This document shows, piece after piece, positions 38,491-49,660 of a DNA stretch of 64,000 nucleotides. The stretch's first letter is position 1, and each line of letters starts with the position of its first letter. The stretch is from Ylistrum balloti (Eukaryota). The translations under genes and the position numbers were made by a program. The notes under the pieces were generated by a model that saw only the letters and a program-made list of their open reading frames with translations, did no database searches and had not been told where the DNA came from. The stretch spans positions 3,906,001 to 3,970,000 of the forward strand of contig NW_026782299.1 in NCBI RefSeq assembly GCF_031769215.1, read 5' to 3'.

Positions 38491-38693
38491 TGACAACCAA
38501 TACTTAGGACTTCATCATCAATATACATTACAAATTGATTTAATTTCTCATCAATCATTTCACTATTCCTTTGACAAGTTTTACGGTAGAGAGATTTGAT
38601 ATTTTTTAAGATTTAGAAGGATCTATAGTTTACATTCCTGAGAAATATTAGATAAGGAACTCTGGAGTTGTTGTGAATTGCTGACAGATGATT
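37399..38693 (-). pseudogene. Candidate antisense coding remnant (exons 38693-38504 and 37501-37399) interleaved with CFAP418
   Basis: Two GT-AG-bounded, phase-compatible segments join into one frame with a single TAA; product unrecognised. Confidence 0.3.
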
Positions 38694-38999
38694 CTAGATA
38701 CATATTTATTTTTTTTTCAGTAAGTTGTAATCATGTATTGTTGGAAAATCAAACATAAAAAATTAGCTGGATGTTCTGAGTGTACAATATGAATGCTTAA
38801 ACACCTACTACTTTTGTGATATGACTTTTTGGGATGTCTTTTAAGTGCTGACTTATTGAATCTGCTGTCTGATTATTATTGCATGATGATATCAACATAA
38901 CCATATGTACATATATCACATAAGATCAACTTAAAAAAGTACTGTTTGACAAGCCATGTATTGTGAGGAAAGCGTGATTACCTTTTACGCTTTCACCTG

Positions 39000-40200
39000 T
39001 GTAAACACTGTATGACAAGTCCCACGACGTGATGGACATGTCAATACATAATGTGGGAAATGTCATTTTTTACTATTTCTCCTGTCTTAGCACTGACAAA
39101 CCCTGTGTCTTGAGAAGTGTGTTCTACTCCTACGTTCTGTGGAGACACTGACCAACAGGACTTGTAGGGAAGTGGAAGTAATCTCCTGTCTAAATAGTTT
39201 GACAGGCTCTGTAAGGAACTTGTCATTATGTGTATCCAATTCTCATATCTAACCACATGTTATGTTTACCCCATTCTCCAGTCTAAGCATTGTCAGACCC
39301 TTTGTTGTGAGAGGGTTATCAATATGTTTACCCCATTCTCCTGCCTAGGCATTGTCCGACCCTTTGTTGTGAGAGGGTTATCAATATGTTTACCCCATTC
39401 TGTGGTCTAAACATTGTCCGACCCTTTGTTGTGAGAGAGTTATCAATATGTTTACCCCATTCTGTGGTCTAAACATTGTCCGACCCTTTGTTGTGAGAGG
39501 GTTATCAATATGTTTACCCCATTCTGTGGTCTAAACATTGTCCGACCCTTTGTTGTGAGAGGGTTATCAATATGTTTACCACATTCTCTGGTCTAAACAT
39601 TGTCCGACCCTTTGTTGTGAGAGGGTTATCAATATGTTTACCCCATTCTCTGGTCTAAACATTGTCCGACCCTTTGTTGTGAGAGGGTTATCAATATGTT
39701 TACCCCATTCTCCGGTCTAAGCATTGTCAGACCCTTTGTTGTGAGAGAGTTATCAATATGTTAACCCCATTCTCCTGCCTAGGCATTGTCAGACCCTTTG
39801 TTGTGAGAGATTTATCAATATGTTGTCAGACCCTTTGTTGTGAGAGGGTTATCAATATGTTGTCCGACCCTTTGTTGTGAGAGATTTATCAATATGTTTA
39901 CCCCATTCTCCTTCCTAGACATTGTCCGACCCTTTGTTGTGAGAGATTTATCAATATGTTGTCAGACCCTTTGTTGTGAGAGGGTTATCAATATGTTGTC
40001 AGACCCTTTGTTGTGAGAGGGTTATCAATATGTTGTCAGACCCTTTGTTGTGAGAGATTTATCAATATGTGACCATTTTGTTGTGAGAGATTTATCAATA
40101 TGTGACCATTTTGTTGTGAGAGATTTATCAATATGTGACCATTTTGTTGTGAGAGAGATTTATCAAAATGTTTGATGGGTTATTTGGTGTGAGGCATCCA
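39000..40200. repeat. 62-bp minisatellite with 37-bp and 33-bp deletion derivatives
   Basis: tgtttaccccattctgtggtctaaacattgtccgaccctttgttgtgagagggttatcaata, period 62; period 37 at 39961/39998; period 33 at 40071/40104. Confidence 0.93.
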
Positions 40201-40524
40201 TATGTTTACCCCATTCTTTTGTTTAAGCAGTTTAACAAGGCCTTGGTTGAGAGGAGTGTGTCATAACGTTGAACTTTTCCTTTGTCAAAAATCTGACAAG
40301 CCCTGTGTTTTGAGGGTTGTGTCACTATGTTCACATTTTCCCCTGCGTAAACACTGACAGGCCCTGGATTTGTTTTAGGGGCATGTCATTATGTTCACCT
40401 TTTTCCGCAATCTAAACACCAAAAGGCCCTTGACTTTGGGGAGCATGTCATATATAGTTACCATTTCCCCTGTCTAATTATGGACAGGCCATTAGTTTTG
40501 GGGAATGTGTCATCATTGTCACCA

Positions 40525-41640
40525 GTTCCCATTTGTAAACGCTCTGGGTTTTGAGGGCATGTCACTATGTTCACCAGTTCCCCTTTGTAAACGCTCTGGG
40601 TTTTGAGGGCATGTCACTATGTTCACCAGTTCCCCTTTGTAAACGCTCTGGGTTTTGAGGGCATGTCACTATGTTCACCATTTCCTCAGTGTAAATGCCC
40701 AGGGTGTTGAAGGCATGTCACAATGTTCTCATGTTTCCCTGTGTAAACGCCCAGGGTATTGAGGGCATGTCACTATGTTCTCCAGTTTCCCTGTGTAAAC
40801 GCCCAGGGTTTTAAGCATGTCACTATCTTCACCATTAACCCTGTGTAAACGCCCAGGGTTTTGAGGGCATGTCACTATGTTCACCATTTCCTCTGTGTAA
40901 ACGCCTAGGGTGTTGAGGGCATGTCACTATGTTCTCCAGTTTCCCTGTGTAAACGCCCAGGGTTTTAAGCATGTCACTATCTTCACCATTAACCCTGTGT
41001 AAACTCCCTGGGTTTTGAGGGCATGTCACTATGTTCTCCAGTTTCCCTGTGTAAACGCCCAGGGTTTTAAGCATGTCACTATCTTCACCATTAACCCTGT
41101 GTAAACGCCCAGGGTTTTGAGGGCATGTCACTATGTTCACCATTTCCTCTGTGTAAACGCCTAGGGTGTTGAGGGCATGCGACTATGTTCTCCAGTTTTC
41201 TTGTGAAAACGTTCAGGGTTTTGAGGGCATGTCACTATGTTCACCATTTCCTCTGTGTAAACGCCCAGGGTGTTGAAGGCATGTCACTATGTTCAACATT
41301 TCCCCTGTGTAAACGCCCAAGGTTTTGAGAGCATGTCACTATGTTCACCATTAACCCTGTGTAAACGCCCAGGGTTTTGAGGGCATGTCACTATGTTCAC
41401 CATTAACCCCGTGTAAACGCCCAGGGTTTTGAGGGCATGTCACTATGTTCACCATTAACCCCGTGTAAACGCCCAGGGTGTTGAGGGCATGTCACTATGT
41501 TCACCATTAACCTCGTGTAAACGCCCAGGGTGTTGAGGGCATGTCTCTATGTTCTCCAGTTTCCCTGTGTAAACGCTGACATGCCCAGGGTTTTCAGGGG
41601 CGTGCGTTATGTTCATCTTTCCCTTGTCTAAACGCTGTTT
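40525..41640. repeat. 52/50-bp minisatellite with higher-order structure, about 21 units
   Basis: gtgtaaacgcccagggttttgagggcatgtcactatgttcaccattaaccct, period 52 with 50-bp variants. Confidence 0.95.
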
Positions 41641-43309
41641 GACAGCCACATTGCTGTGATGGACATATCTTGTTTGTTTTTATATCACAGGTTGTTTTAA
41701 ATAAAGCTGATATGTAAAACAAATCTTGATACTGTTGGTCATTTGTCATAAATGTAGTATTTGAGAGTGACGATAATAACACCTGTCGAAGAATTCAAAT
41801 CTCAAATTTGACGAATTAAAGGCAAAATATGAATAAAAGAAAAAAAATCACTCGGAGACTCTAAATATGTCAAGACATTGGTTTTAATCTCATATGACCC
41901 AAGACTTCAGAAATAGCAACAGATTTTCCCGAAAGAAAAAAAAACACATTGAAAACAAGAAAATATATGTACCACAGACTGGAATGATAACGGTGAAATC
42001 AGGTCAGTTTTACCAATGAACAAGGATCAACGGACCGACATCGTCAAAACCTGTACATTCGAGAGACTGGAACTTGAGAAATGATACTGATTAAGTAAAC
42101 TGGCGAAAACATCAAATAACATGAAAATTCTGATGTATGTATATGATGTTTAAGAAATGTACACGAAGATAAATTAAGATTGACGAAAAATACCATTTAG
42201 TACACTAACAGCCTCATAGGTCACGATCAGGATCATTGGAAATTGTCACATAATGTTAGCAATCGTCATTGTCATTTCATTTACAGTACATAATGATGTT
42301 AGTGAATATAACATGACTGGGGTTTGAGCTGAAGTTGTGTATGGTATGAGGCGCTTACCTTTATTTTTCTCTTTCATACTGTAATCCTATGTTGTCCTAC
42401 AATCTGTTTCCTCCGGTTTCGTTCAATCTACCTTCCCTTAGTGTCTGTCTTACGTCTAACTTACAGATAACTATCATATGCCATGGAAATTAAGATCAAT
42501 AAATGAATGAATGATATAACGATCACTACCAGTCCTCCAGCGTGTTGTCTGATATAATAATTTTTGTCATCAAATACAAACGCAATCACAGACTGTATAA
42601 TGAAAACTGGTTTTAGTAACCGAACTGTAAGTTTACAAAACAATTATTTCTGGTCTTCGATGTTTTGGTTTTTAAGTAATGAAATGTTTTTATAGGAACT
42701 AGTTTTCGGTTGTATAATCCATACCAGATTGACACACGTATAGTAATCATTATGTTGTAATCAATTATAACGTTAACCTTTATATCATGTTTAATGACGT
42801 CCAGGTTTCCAGAAATGCTGACTTATGAAGATATTGGAGAAATGGATGCTGGTTTTAGTTGGGAAATATTTCATTTGTTGTGTGATATGAAATTTTCACA
42901 GATGGTTCTACCGAATAAAACGGAAGTTCATAATACATATACAGAATTGTCACAATGCCGAAAAGTTAATAAATTATAATATGACTTCAACTATGTGACC
43001 GTGCCACAGTTCGAAAGAAATATAAGGCGACACGTAGGTACCTACCACCTGCAACCTCAAAGATGACACCAAACACACGATTTATAATTAAACAAGGTAG
43101 CGACAGTTTCGTTATTATCAACATTGTTCTCATTTTTGGAGCTTGATATTGAAATATTTACTTGGCGATTGTCTTCAATGTTCCTCTCTACACTGTGAAA
43201 GAGAAACGAAATTATCGGTCGTAGCCAAAAAATGTGTGTATACAATGTATGTTAAACCTCCATTTATCCACGCATGTTCCTTTAAAGCCCAGTAACCAAC
43301 CTATTTCTT

Positions 43310-43600
43310 AACAAACTCCTCACAACCGTACATAAGTCGTTACAAATTCCTCACAACCGTACATATTTCTTTACAAACTCTTCACATCCGTACATATTTC
43401 TTTACAAACTCCTCACAACCGTACATATTTCTTTACAAACTCTTCACATCCGTACATATTTCTTTACAAACTCTTCACATCCGTACATATTTCTTTACAA
43501 ACTCCTCACATCCGTACAAATTTCTTTACAAACTCCTCACATCCGTTCATATTTCTTTACAAACTCCTCACATCCGTACATATTCTTTATAAACTCCATT
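43310..43600. repeat. 31-bp tandem repeat, about 9 units
   Basis: acaaactcctcacatccgtacatatttcttt, period 31. Confidence 0.93.
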
Positions 43601-45175
43601 TGCATGCATGTGACTTTTAAAAGTCTATTACGAACTCTACAAATCCACGTATGTCACACATCGTAACAAATCCAACACCTACGTGAATGCATGTGCAACA
43701 CACATATTCAACTGAAAACGGTCTCTACTCTTCGATTTTTTACTTTCTATTTATAGAACGATATATAAAATAACTCGGCGTTTCTGCGACACCATACTCG
43801 AGTGAGGCACTTTCCTCGTTAAATCAACCATAGGCTTGCTAAAGAAGCTAACGAAGGTTATTGGAGGGGAATACTGCACGTATCAAAGTTACAAGATAAG
43901 CTTAGATCAGTATTGCAGCAGCCAATCATCACCTATAGAGGATTTCTCACAAATCTCAGGTAAACATACCATAAATTTGTTAATAAACTACGCAATACAC
44001 GGACTGGATTTTGAATATCACTAAATCTCAGACCACAGTTTTACGAACACTGTTGGAGTTCTAGGAAATGATTGTGGGATTTTTTTAAAACTTCAATGTC
44101 CTACTGTATGGATACTGATTAATCGTGAGAGCGTAAGGAAATCTGTATCTACATGTTTTAGTAATGCTTTCATATGGATCACTCTACGTCCAGAAATTAA
44201 ACTAAGAAACTGAGGTCAGGTATGTATGCATGTCGTCAAAATTCGATCTACAAGCAGACACACAGTGAAATATCATACAATCTAAGGTAAATAGTTTGTA
44301 GATAACGTGAGGTAAGTGATCACTGAATTTACAGTTTGGTGGCACATGAACGGAGCAAATTATGTAAGCGCATATCTGGCACCTTGCCAAAGTTTTATGG
44401 ACGCCCCTTAACTACCGAGGAATTTTAATTTGAACAAAACTTTTTAAAAATGTCCAGTGAAAAACAAATGATGTGTATAAAGCGGTTGATCACTTGAACC
44501 AAACATAACAAACCCAGGTAAGCACATCTGACAACAAATACACTACTTCGAGGTGACACCATACGATTACACCTTTACATAAAGTTGAAAATTAATATAT
44601 TCATTTGCAGATAAACAAATCCAGTTTCCGTGACGATTTTGACCTTGAAAACATCTGTCTATATAAAGAGATAATGTCTTCCAAATTAGTGGGTACAGAG
44701 GAGCAAAACACCTCTAAAAGTCATGCGAGTATGAGTTTATGTACTAGGACTGTAATTATCATAATCACTAGGAATACACTTAGACACTGACCAGAGGAAC
44801 AGGTTCTTGGTCTGGGTAGTTACTTGAACAGAAATGTTAAAAATAATATAATAATTTTGTTTAATATTTATGTTAAGTGCAAATCAACACATTCTGACTG
44901 TCGGAGGGACATTATTTACCAGGTTAATACAGCACAACTTTAAACGAAATAAATGTAACAGGGTAATCTCTTGTTAGATGTGATTCAGATATGTCCCGGA
45001 CACCGCATTTGCATCATGATTAGACCAAAAGCATGTTCACTCTGTTTAGTTGCAGATCGAAAAGTTTGCCTGAAGATAGGTAATTCGTTAAATTGTGCAT
45101 TTTTGCGTGTTAACATTTCATCTGTTTGTCTGCCGTGTGTTATCTAAATGGTTACTTTTTTCAATACAGGCCATC

Positions 45176-46531
45176 ATGAAGTGTCAAACTCACGCTGACA
45201 ACAATGTCATCATGGTTTGTCAATCCGGGCAATGTGATACTTGCTTCGTCTGTGATAAGTGTATAGCAGGGCCACACAGCCGTCACCCAATGGCCACCAT
45301 TGAAGATGTCGGAACAGCAGAGAAGAAACGACTCAAGACTCTGTCCGAAGACAATTCTAAAAGCCTAGAAGCTCAAAAGAAGAATATGGAACTTGTGGAC
45401 AGCATTAAACAACGGATACAAAACTCTATTGACGCAATGCTATCATCACAAGAGAAATTAAGGCAGGTTCTGGAAACAGAAGATTGGATAAGTATTATTC
45501 AAGAAGGGAAAAGGGCAAAGAGGTCAGATACTGCCCCGGAAGAAACAGGGTTCTACATAGAAACAGATGAAATAAGCCGGATTCTTATCACGAGAATTCT
45601 TTCAACCTCTCAACAATCTCAATGTTCAAGCGTATCATCGACAGAGGGAGAAGTTTCATCGGATTTCGAAGGAACAGTTTATAGACACAAGAAACTCGAA
45701 ACAGTCTCTAGTACTAAACTTTCACCAGATCACAGCATCACGTGTGTTGCCCCGGCTGAAAGGGATACTCTTTGGGTTATTATAAATAAGGAGGTCAGGT
45801 TATGCAAAAAGCAAAAACTCGTAAACAGCAATATTAAATATGGGAAGAAAATTCGTGGAATAGCTGTTACAAACTCTGACAAATTACTCACAACATGTAC
45901 TGACGATAAATGTGTGAGGAAGATTACCTCTGGCGGTAAAACATTATTTAGTTTGAACACAGATCCTCTGATTCCTAATCAGTTATGTGTCGCCAGCAAC
46001 GGCGACATCTTAGTCACGCTTGTTTCATCCTTTGTGGATCCTCTGCCGGACACAGTTGGAGTCGTGAGTCGGTACACCCCACAAGGGAAGAGGATGGTAA
46101 CGTTTGAGAGGGATCGCTTCGGTAACAGCATCTGTCCTAAATATATAGCAGCCAGTCGAGTCTCGGACATGGTGGTTGTAACCAATCTCACTAACAAAGA
46201 CAATGACGATTGGTTTTATGGTCACGTGATAGTAATGACTGGGGATTTCCAAGTGAAGTTTCGTTACCTTAGTGATGGGAAAGTGATCCCTGGCAACCAG
46301 CAATATCACCAAGATACTTCAACCAAACATTTCAGTATTGGTATCGACATCCAAGACAATATCATACTTGGCGATATGAAAGCGGGCTGCATTGATATAG
46401 TAGACAAATTGGGCCAAAAACTTCAACGTCTGGGAGAAGTTAGTGGGATAAGTTATCTCACCGTTTCTAATGATGACCAGTTGTGGATTGGACAGACAAC
46501 AGGTCGAGTGGAGGTCTACAAACGTGTGTAA
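45176..46531 (+). CDS. RING-less TRIM-like protein (B-box, short coiled coil, NHL-like beta-propeller), paralog 1, 451 aa, single coding exon
   Basis: Acceptor ttttttcaatacag|GCCATC then ATG 45176; B-box CQTHADNNVIMVCQSGQCDTCFVCDKCIAGPHSRH; propeller repeats IRGIAVTNSDKLL, PNQLCVASNGDILV, PKYIAASRVSDMVVV, GIDIQDNIILGD. Confidence 0.9.
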   Translation: MKCQTHADNNVIMVCQSGQCDTCFVCDKCIAGPHSRHPMATIEDVGTAEKKRLKTLSEDNSKSLEAQKKNMELVDSIKQRIQNSIDAMLSSQEKLRQVLETEDWISIIQEGKRAKRSDTAPEETGFYIETDEISRILITRILSTSQQSQCSSVSSTEGEVSSDFEGTVYRHKKLETVSSTKLSPDHSITCVAPAERDTLWVIINKEVRLCKKQKLVNSNIKYGKKIRGIAVTNSDKLLTTCTDDKCVRKITSGGKTLFSLNTDPLIPNQLCVASNGDILVTLVSSFVDPLPDTVGVVSRYTPQGKRMVTFERDRFGNSICPKYIAASRVSDMVVVTNLTNKDNDDWFYGHVIVMTGDFQVKFRYLSDGKVIPGNQQYHQDTSTKHFSIGIDIQDNIILGDMKAGCIDIVDKLGQKLQRLGEVSGISYLTVSNDDQLWIGQTTGRVEVYKRV

Positions 46532-47265
46532 ATATAACAGCCACAACGAGTCGAGTCCTGGTCTACAAACGTGTGTAAATATAGCAGCTATAACAGGCCG
46601 AGTGGAGGTCTACAAACGTGTGTAAATATAACAGCCATAACAGGTCGAATTGAGGTCTACAAATGTGTGTAAATATAGCAGCCATAACAGGTCGAGTGGA
46701 GGTCTACAAATGTGTGTAAATATAACAGCTATAACAGGCCGAGTGGAGGTCTACAAACGTGTGTAAATATAGCAGCCACAACGAGTCGAATGCAGGTCTA
46801 CAAACGTGTGTAAATATAGCAGCCACAACAGGTCGAGTGGAGGTCTACAAATGTGTGTAAATATAGCAGGCACAACAGGTAGAATGGAGGTCTACAAACG
46901 TGTGTAAATATATCAGCTTTAACAGGCCGAGTGGAGGTCTACAAACGTGTGTAAATATATCAGCTATAACAGGCCGAGTGGAGGTCTTCAAACGTGTGTA
47001 AATATATCAGCTTTAACAGGCCGAGTGGAGGTCTACAAACGTGTGTAAATATAGCAACCATAACAGGTCGAGTGGAGGTCTACACATGTGTGTAAATATA
47101 GCAGCTATAACAGGCCGAGTGGACGTCTTCAAACGTGTGTGAATATAGCAGCTAAAACAGGCCGAGTGGGGGTCTACAAATGTGTGTAAATATACCAGGC
47201 ACAAGAAGTCGAGTAGAGGTCTACAAACGTGTGTAAATATAGAAGCCACAACAAGTCGAGTAGAC
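46499..47265 (+). repeat. 47-bp tandem array, 16 full units, made of the last 10 codons plus stop plus 14 nt of paralog 1
   Basis: Unit acaggtcgagtggaggtctacaaacgtgtgtaaatatagcagccata; the first unit overlaps the CDS end (stop 46529-46531). Confidence 0.97.
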
Positions 47266-48529
47266 ATAGTACATATATACATATATTGACAATAAACACA
47301 TGTATGGTTTTCCCCACTCCGAAATTTTCAATAGAAAAATTTGTGTTTGATGTGTTATTTGACATATTCTGAGTAAATTCGCACTTATCATTTGCCTGCG
47401 TGTCTGTTCCTCTTTGATTTCTTGTTATTTCAAAATGACGTCGTCATTCAGCTGTTAAAAGTGCGATTTTTCAGTCCCCTTTTTATACTTAGAACTGTGT
47501 CTCTCTCAGTAACATTTTAAATGTATAACGTCATTACAAATGCTTACAATGATGTGCATACTTAGTACCTAAGGGTCCCTACGAGTAAAAGCTAAAAGAT
47601 AGTTCATGATTTTTTTCTGAGCTATAGCAGTAAACTGTAGTTCTCAAGACTTAAGCTATTTATGGACGATCAGCCACACAACACGTACTTGAGCACCAAT
47701 ATGAAAAAACCCTTTTGTTCATTTATTTGTTTTCCGATGTGTCTGTCCTCACAATTGGAAACCTTTTCCATACCCGTTACAAAATAGATCTTAAAATGAA
47801 AGAGTTCAGATTCAATTTGGCGAAATTGTAAGTGGATAATGTGGTTTGAGAAATTTTTTTGGGACTTGTTAATATGAAACTGTAAATAAACTTACACAGG
47901 AGCAAAACTATTTATTCAGAGTTTCAGAAATAGTGATATGCGATAAAACAGTGACTCCTTCACCACAGGAAATTTTAACGACTGATAGGCTTTTTTGGAC
48001 TATTCATGTAGCGCACATAAGTAAGAACAAATTGCTTGAAGATATTTTATCTCTGTTTCAGCAGTTTTTTTCCTACCCAGAACACAAATAAAACCACCTT
48101 TAGAGGAAAAGGATCAAATATGCAACCTCTCAAATTAATTCATTACTATTAATTTGTAGATTTATTTTGATGAATTGTACATTTATATAGTATGTTCCTG
48201 TACACACAACAGTACGAATTCAACAATACCTGTGTAAAAATACGAGATACAATATACACTTGATTGTAAACCGACTTTGAACTACTGGTCTATATATAGA
48301 ATAACCTAACCCCACAGGAAGCGATTGGGCCAACATTTGTTTACACCAACAGCCGAGAAGACAAACACAGGTAAGTTTACACTTAAGCACAGCTCATTAG
48401 AGAAAACCCGCTGTTACCAAGGTTTGAACTTTATGGATGGGGATAACACACACACTTGATCTAGGGTTGTCGGGGAATAAAGTCCTGAGATACCACGTAG
48501 TAAACACACGACATGGTAAATATACAGAC

Positions 48530-48840
48530 TACACACATTATACCTACCCGCCCTAACACATTCAACTAGAGGCACAATATACCCAACGTAATATATATGT
48601 TACAATATTATTCATACCCACCCTAATACACACAGCTAGAGACACCGTATACTCAACCTAATATAAATGATTACAATATAATTTATACCCACCCTAATAC
48701 ATGCAACTAGAGACACCATATACCCAACTTAATGTAAAGGGTTACCATATCATACCTACCAGTCCTAATACAAAAGGGGTTATCATACAACTAGAGGCAT
48801 TATAAATCCAACCTGATATAAAGGGGTTACCAAATAACTA
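48530..48840. repeat. Degenerate ~72-bp tandem repeat, about 4 units
   Basis: Recurring tacccaccctaatac...aactagagacaccatatacccaac.taat. Confidence 0.7.
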
Positions 48841-49259
48841 GGGACATTATTCTAAATGCCAATTATCTGCTGGTTACCCTTAGCCTTGGGAAGACATTTT
48901 TTGCGTACCCCTGTGATCTTGAAAATGATTTGAGGACGTTTACAAGAGGAAGCTTTACAGCATTTTTCCAGGTAGCTGCTGGCCACATATCAGGACCCGG
49001 ATTCTTTAGAATCTTAAGAAGACTCTGAAAATATTTTCGACATATTGGACTCTTGCCACATTGATCAGAAAAAACTACCGTGTGAACTCATTAGCAAACT
49101 ATAATTATCTTTACTCTCTTCCCCCAGGAATTGCAAAACCATAGGGTAACTGAGATGAGCCTTACTGAGATGAAGAATTCCTGTATTTGATTTTACAAGA
49201 CCAGGGTCTGAAAGGTCTAAAATTTCTATCAAGACGGGCATTTCGTGCAACCTAGGTTG

Positions 49260-49560
49260 AGGACAATGTCATTCGTAATTTGGTTGAGCATTAGCCATGG
49301 AACCTCTGCCAAATTTCATCAAAATTCATTTTGGAGTTTTTGAAAAGAAATCGAAAATATCAGTTATTGAAGGACAGATAACTGTAAAAGATGACTGGGG
49401 ACGACCTGTCAGGCTGATAATACATGGTACCTGTAAACTCATCCAAGCGTGTAAAACAATTACCCTTGAAAGGACAATACTTGAATTAAGTCTTAAATAG
49501 TGGAATGACCTTGAAAGTGAGTCAATGTCATTTGTTTTAACGAAATGAAACCCCTTCCTG
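49260..49560. mobile_element. Remnant of a Helentron-type dispersed repeat
   Basis: gccaaatttcatcaaaattc...tgaccttgaaagtgagtcaatgtc motifs shared with the other non-autonomous elements in the window. Confidence 0.35.
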
Positions 49561-49660
49561 TAACTGTGCTTACAGTTTTCAGTTTTATTGGCCTTTAACC
49601 TTTTGGCTAATCAGCATAAACAAATAATAATACAACAGTGATTCCAGCGATACAGACATA

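Noticed and set aside
40835-41782. Repeat-derived ORFs (IVTCPQNPGRLHRVNGEDSDML...)
   Set aside because: Explained by 52+50 = 102-bp dimers; frameshifts occur wherever unit order changes.
45095-45175. GTG-initiated N-terminal extensions in the ORF track (45095, 52744, 13921)
   Set aside because: The extensions of the B-box genes are polypyrimidine tracts before AG acceptors; the kelch ORF continues upstream to an acceptor. True starts were reassigned.
48880-49250. Short minus-strand ORFs upstream of the LINE remnant
   Set aside because: Possibly TE-derived, but no motif I could assign.
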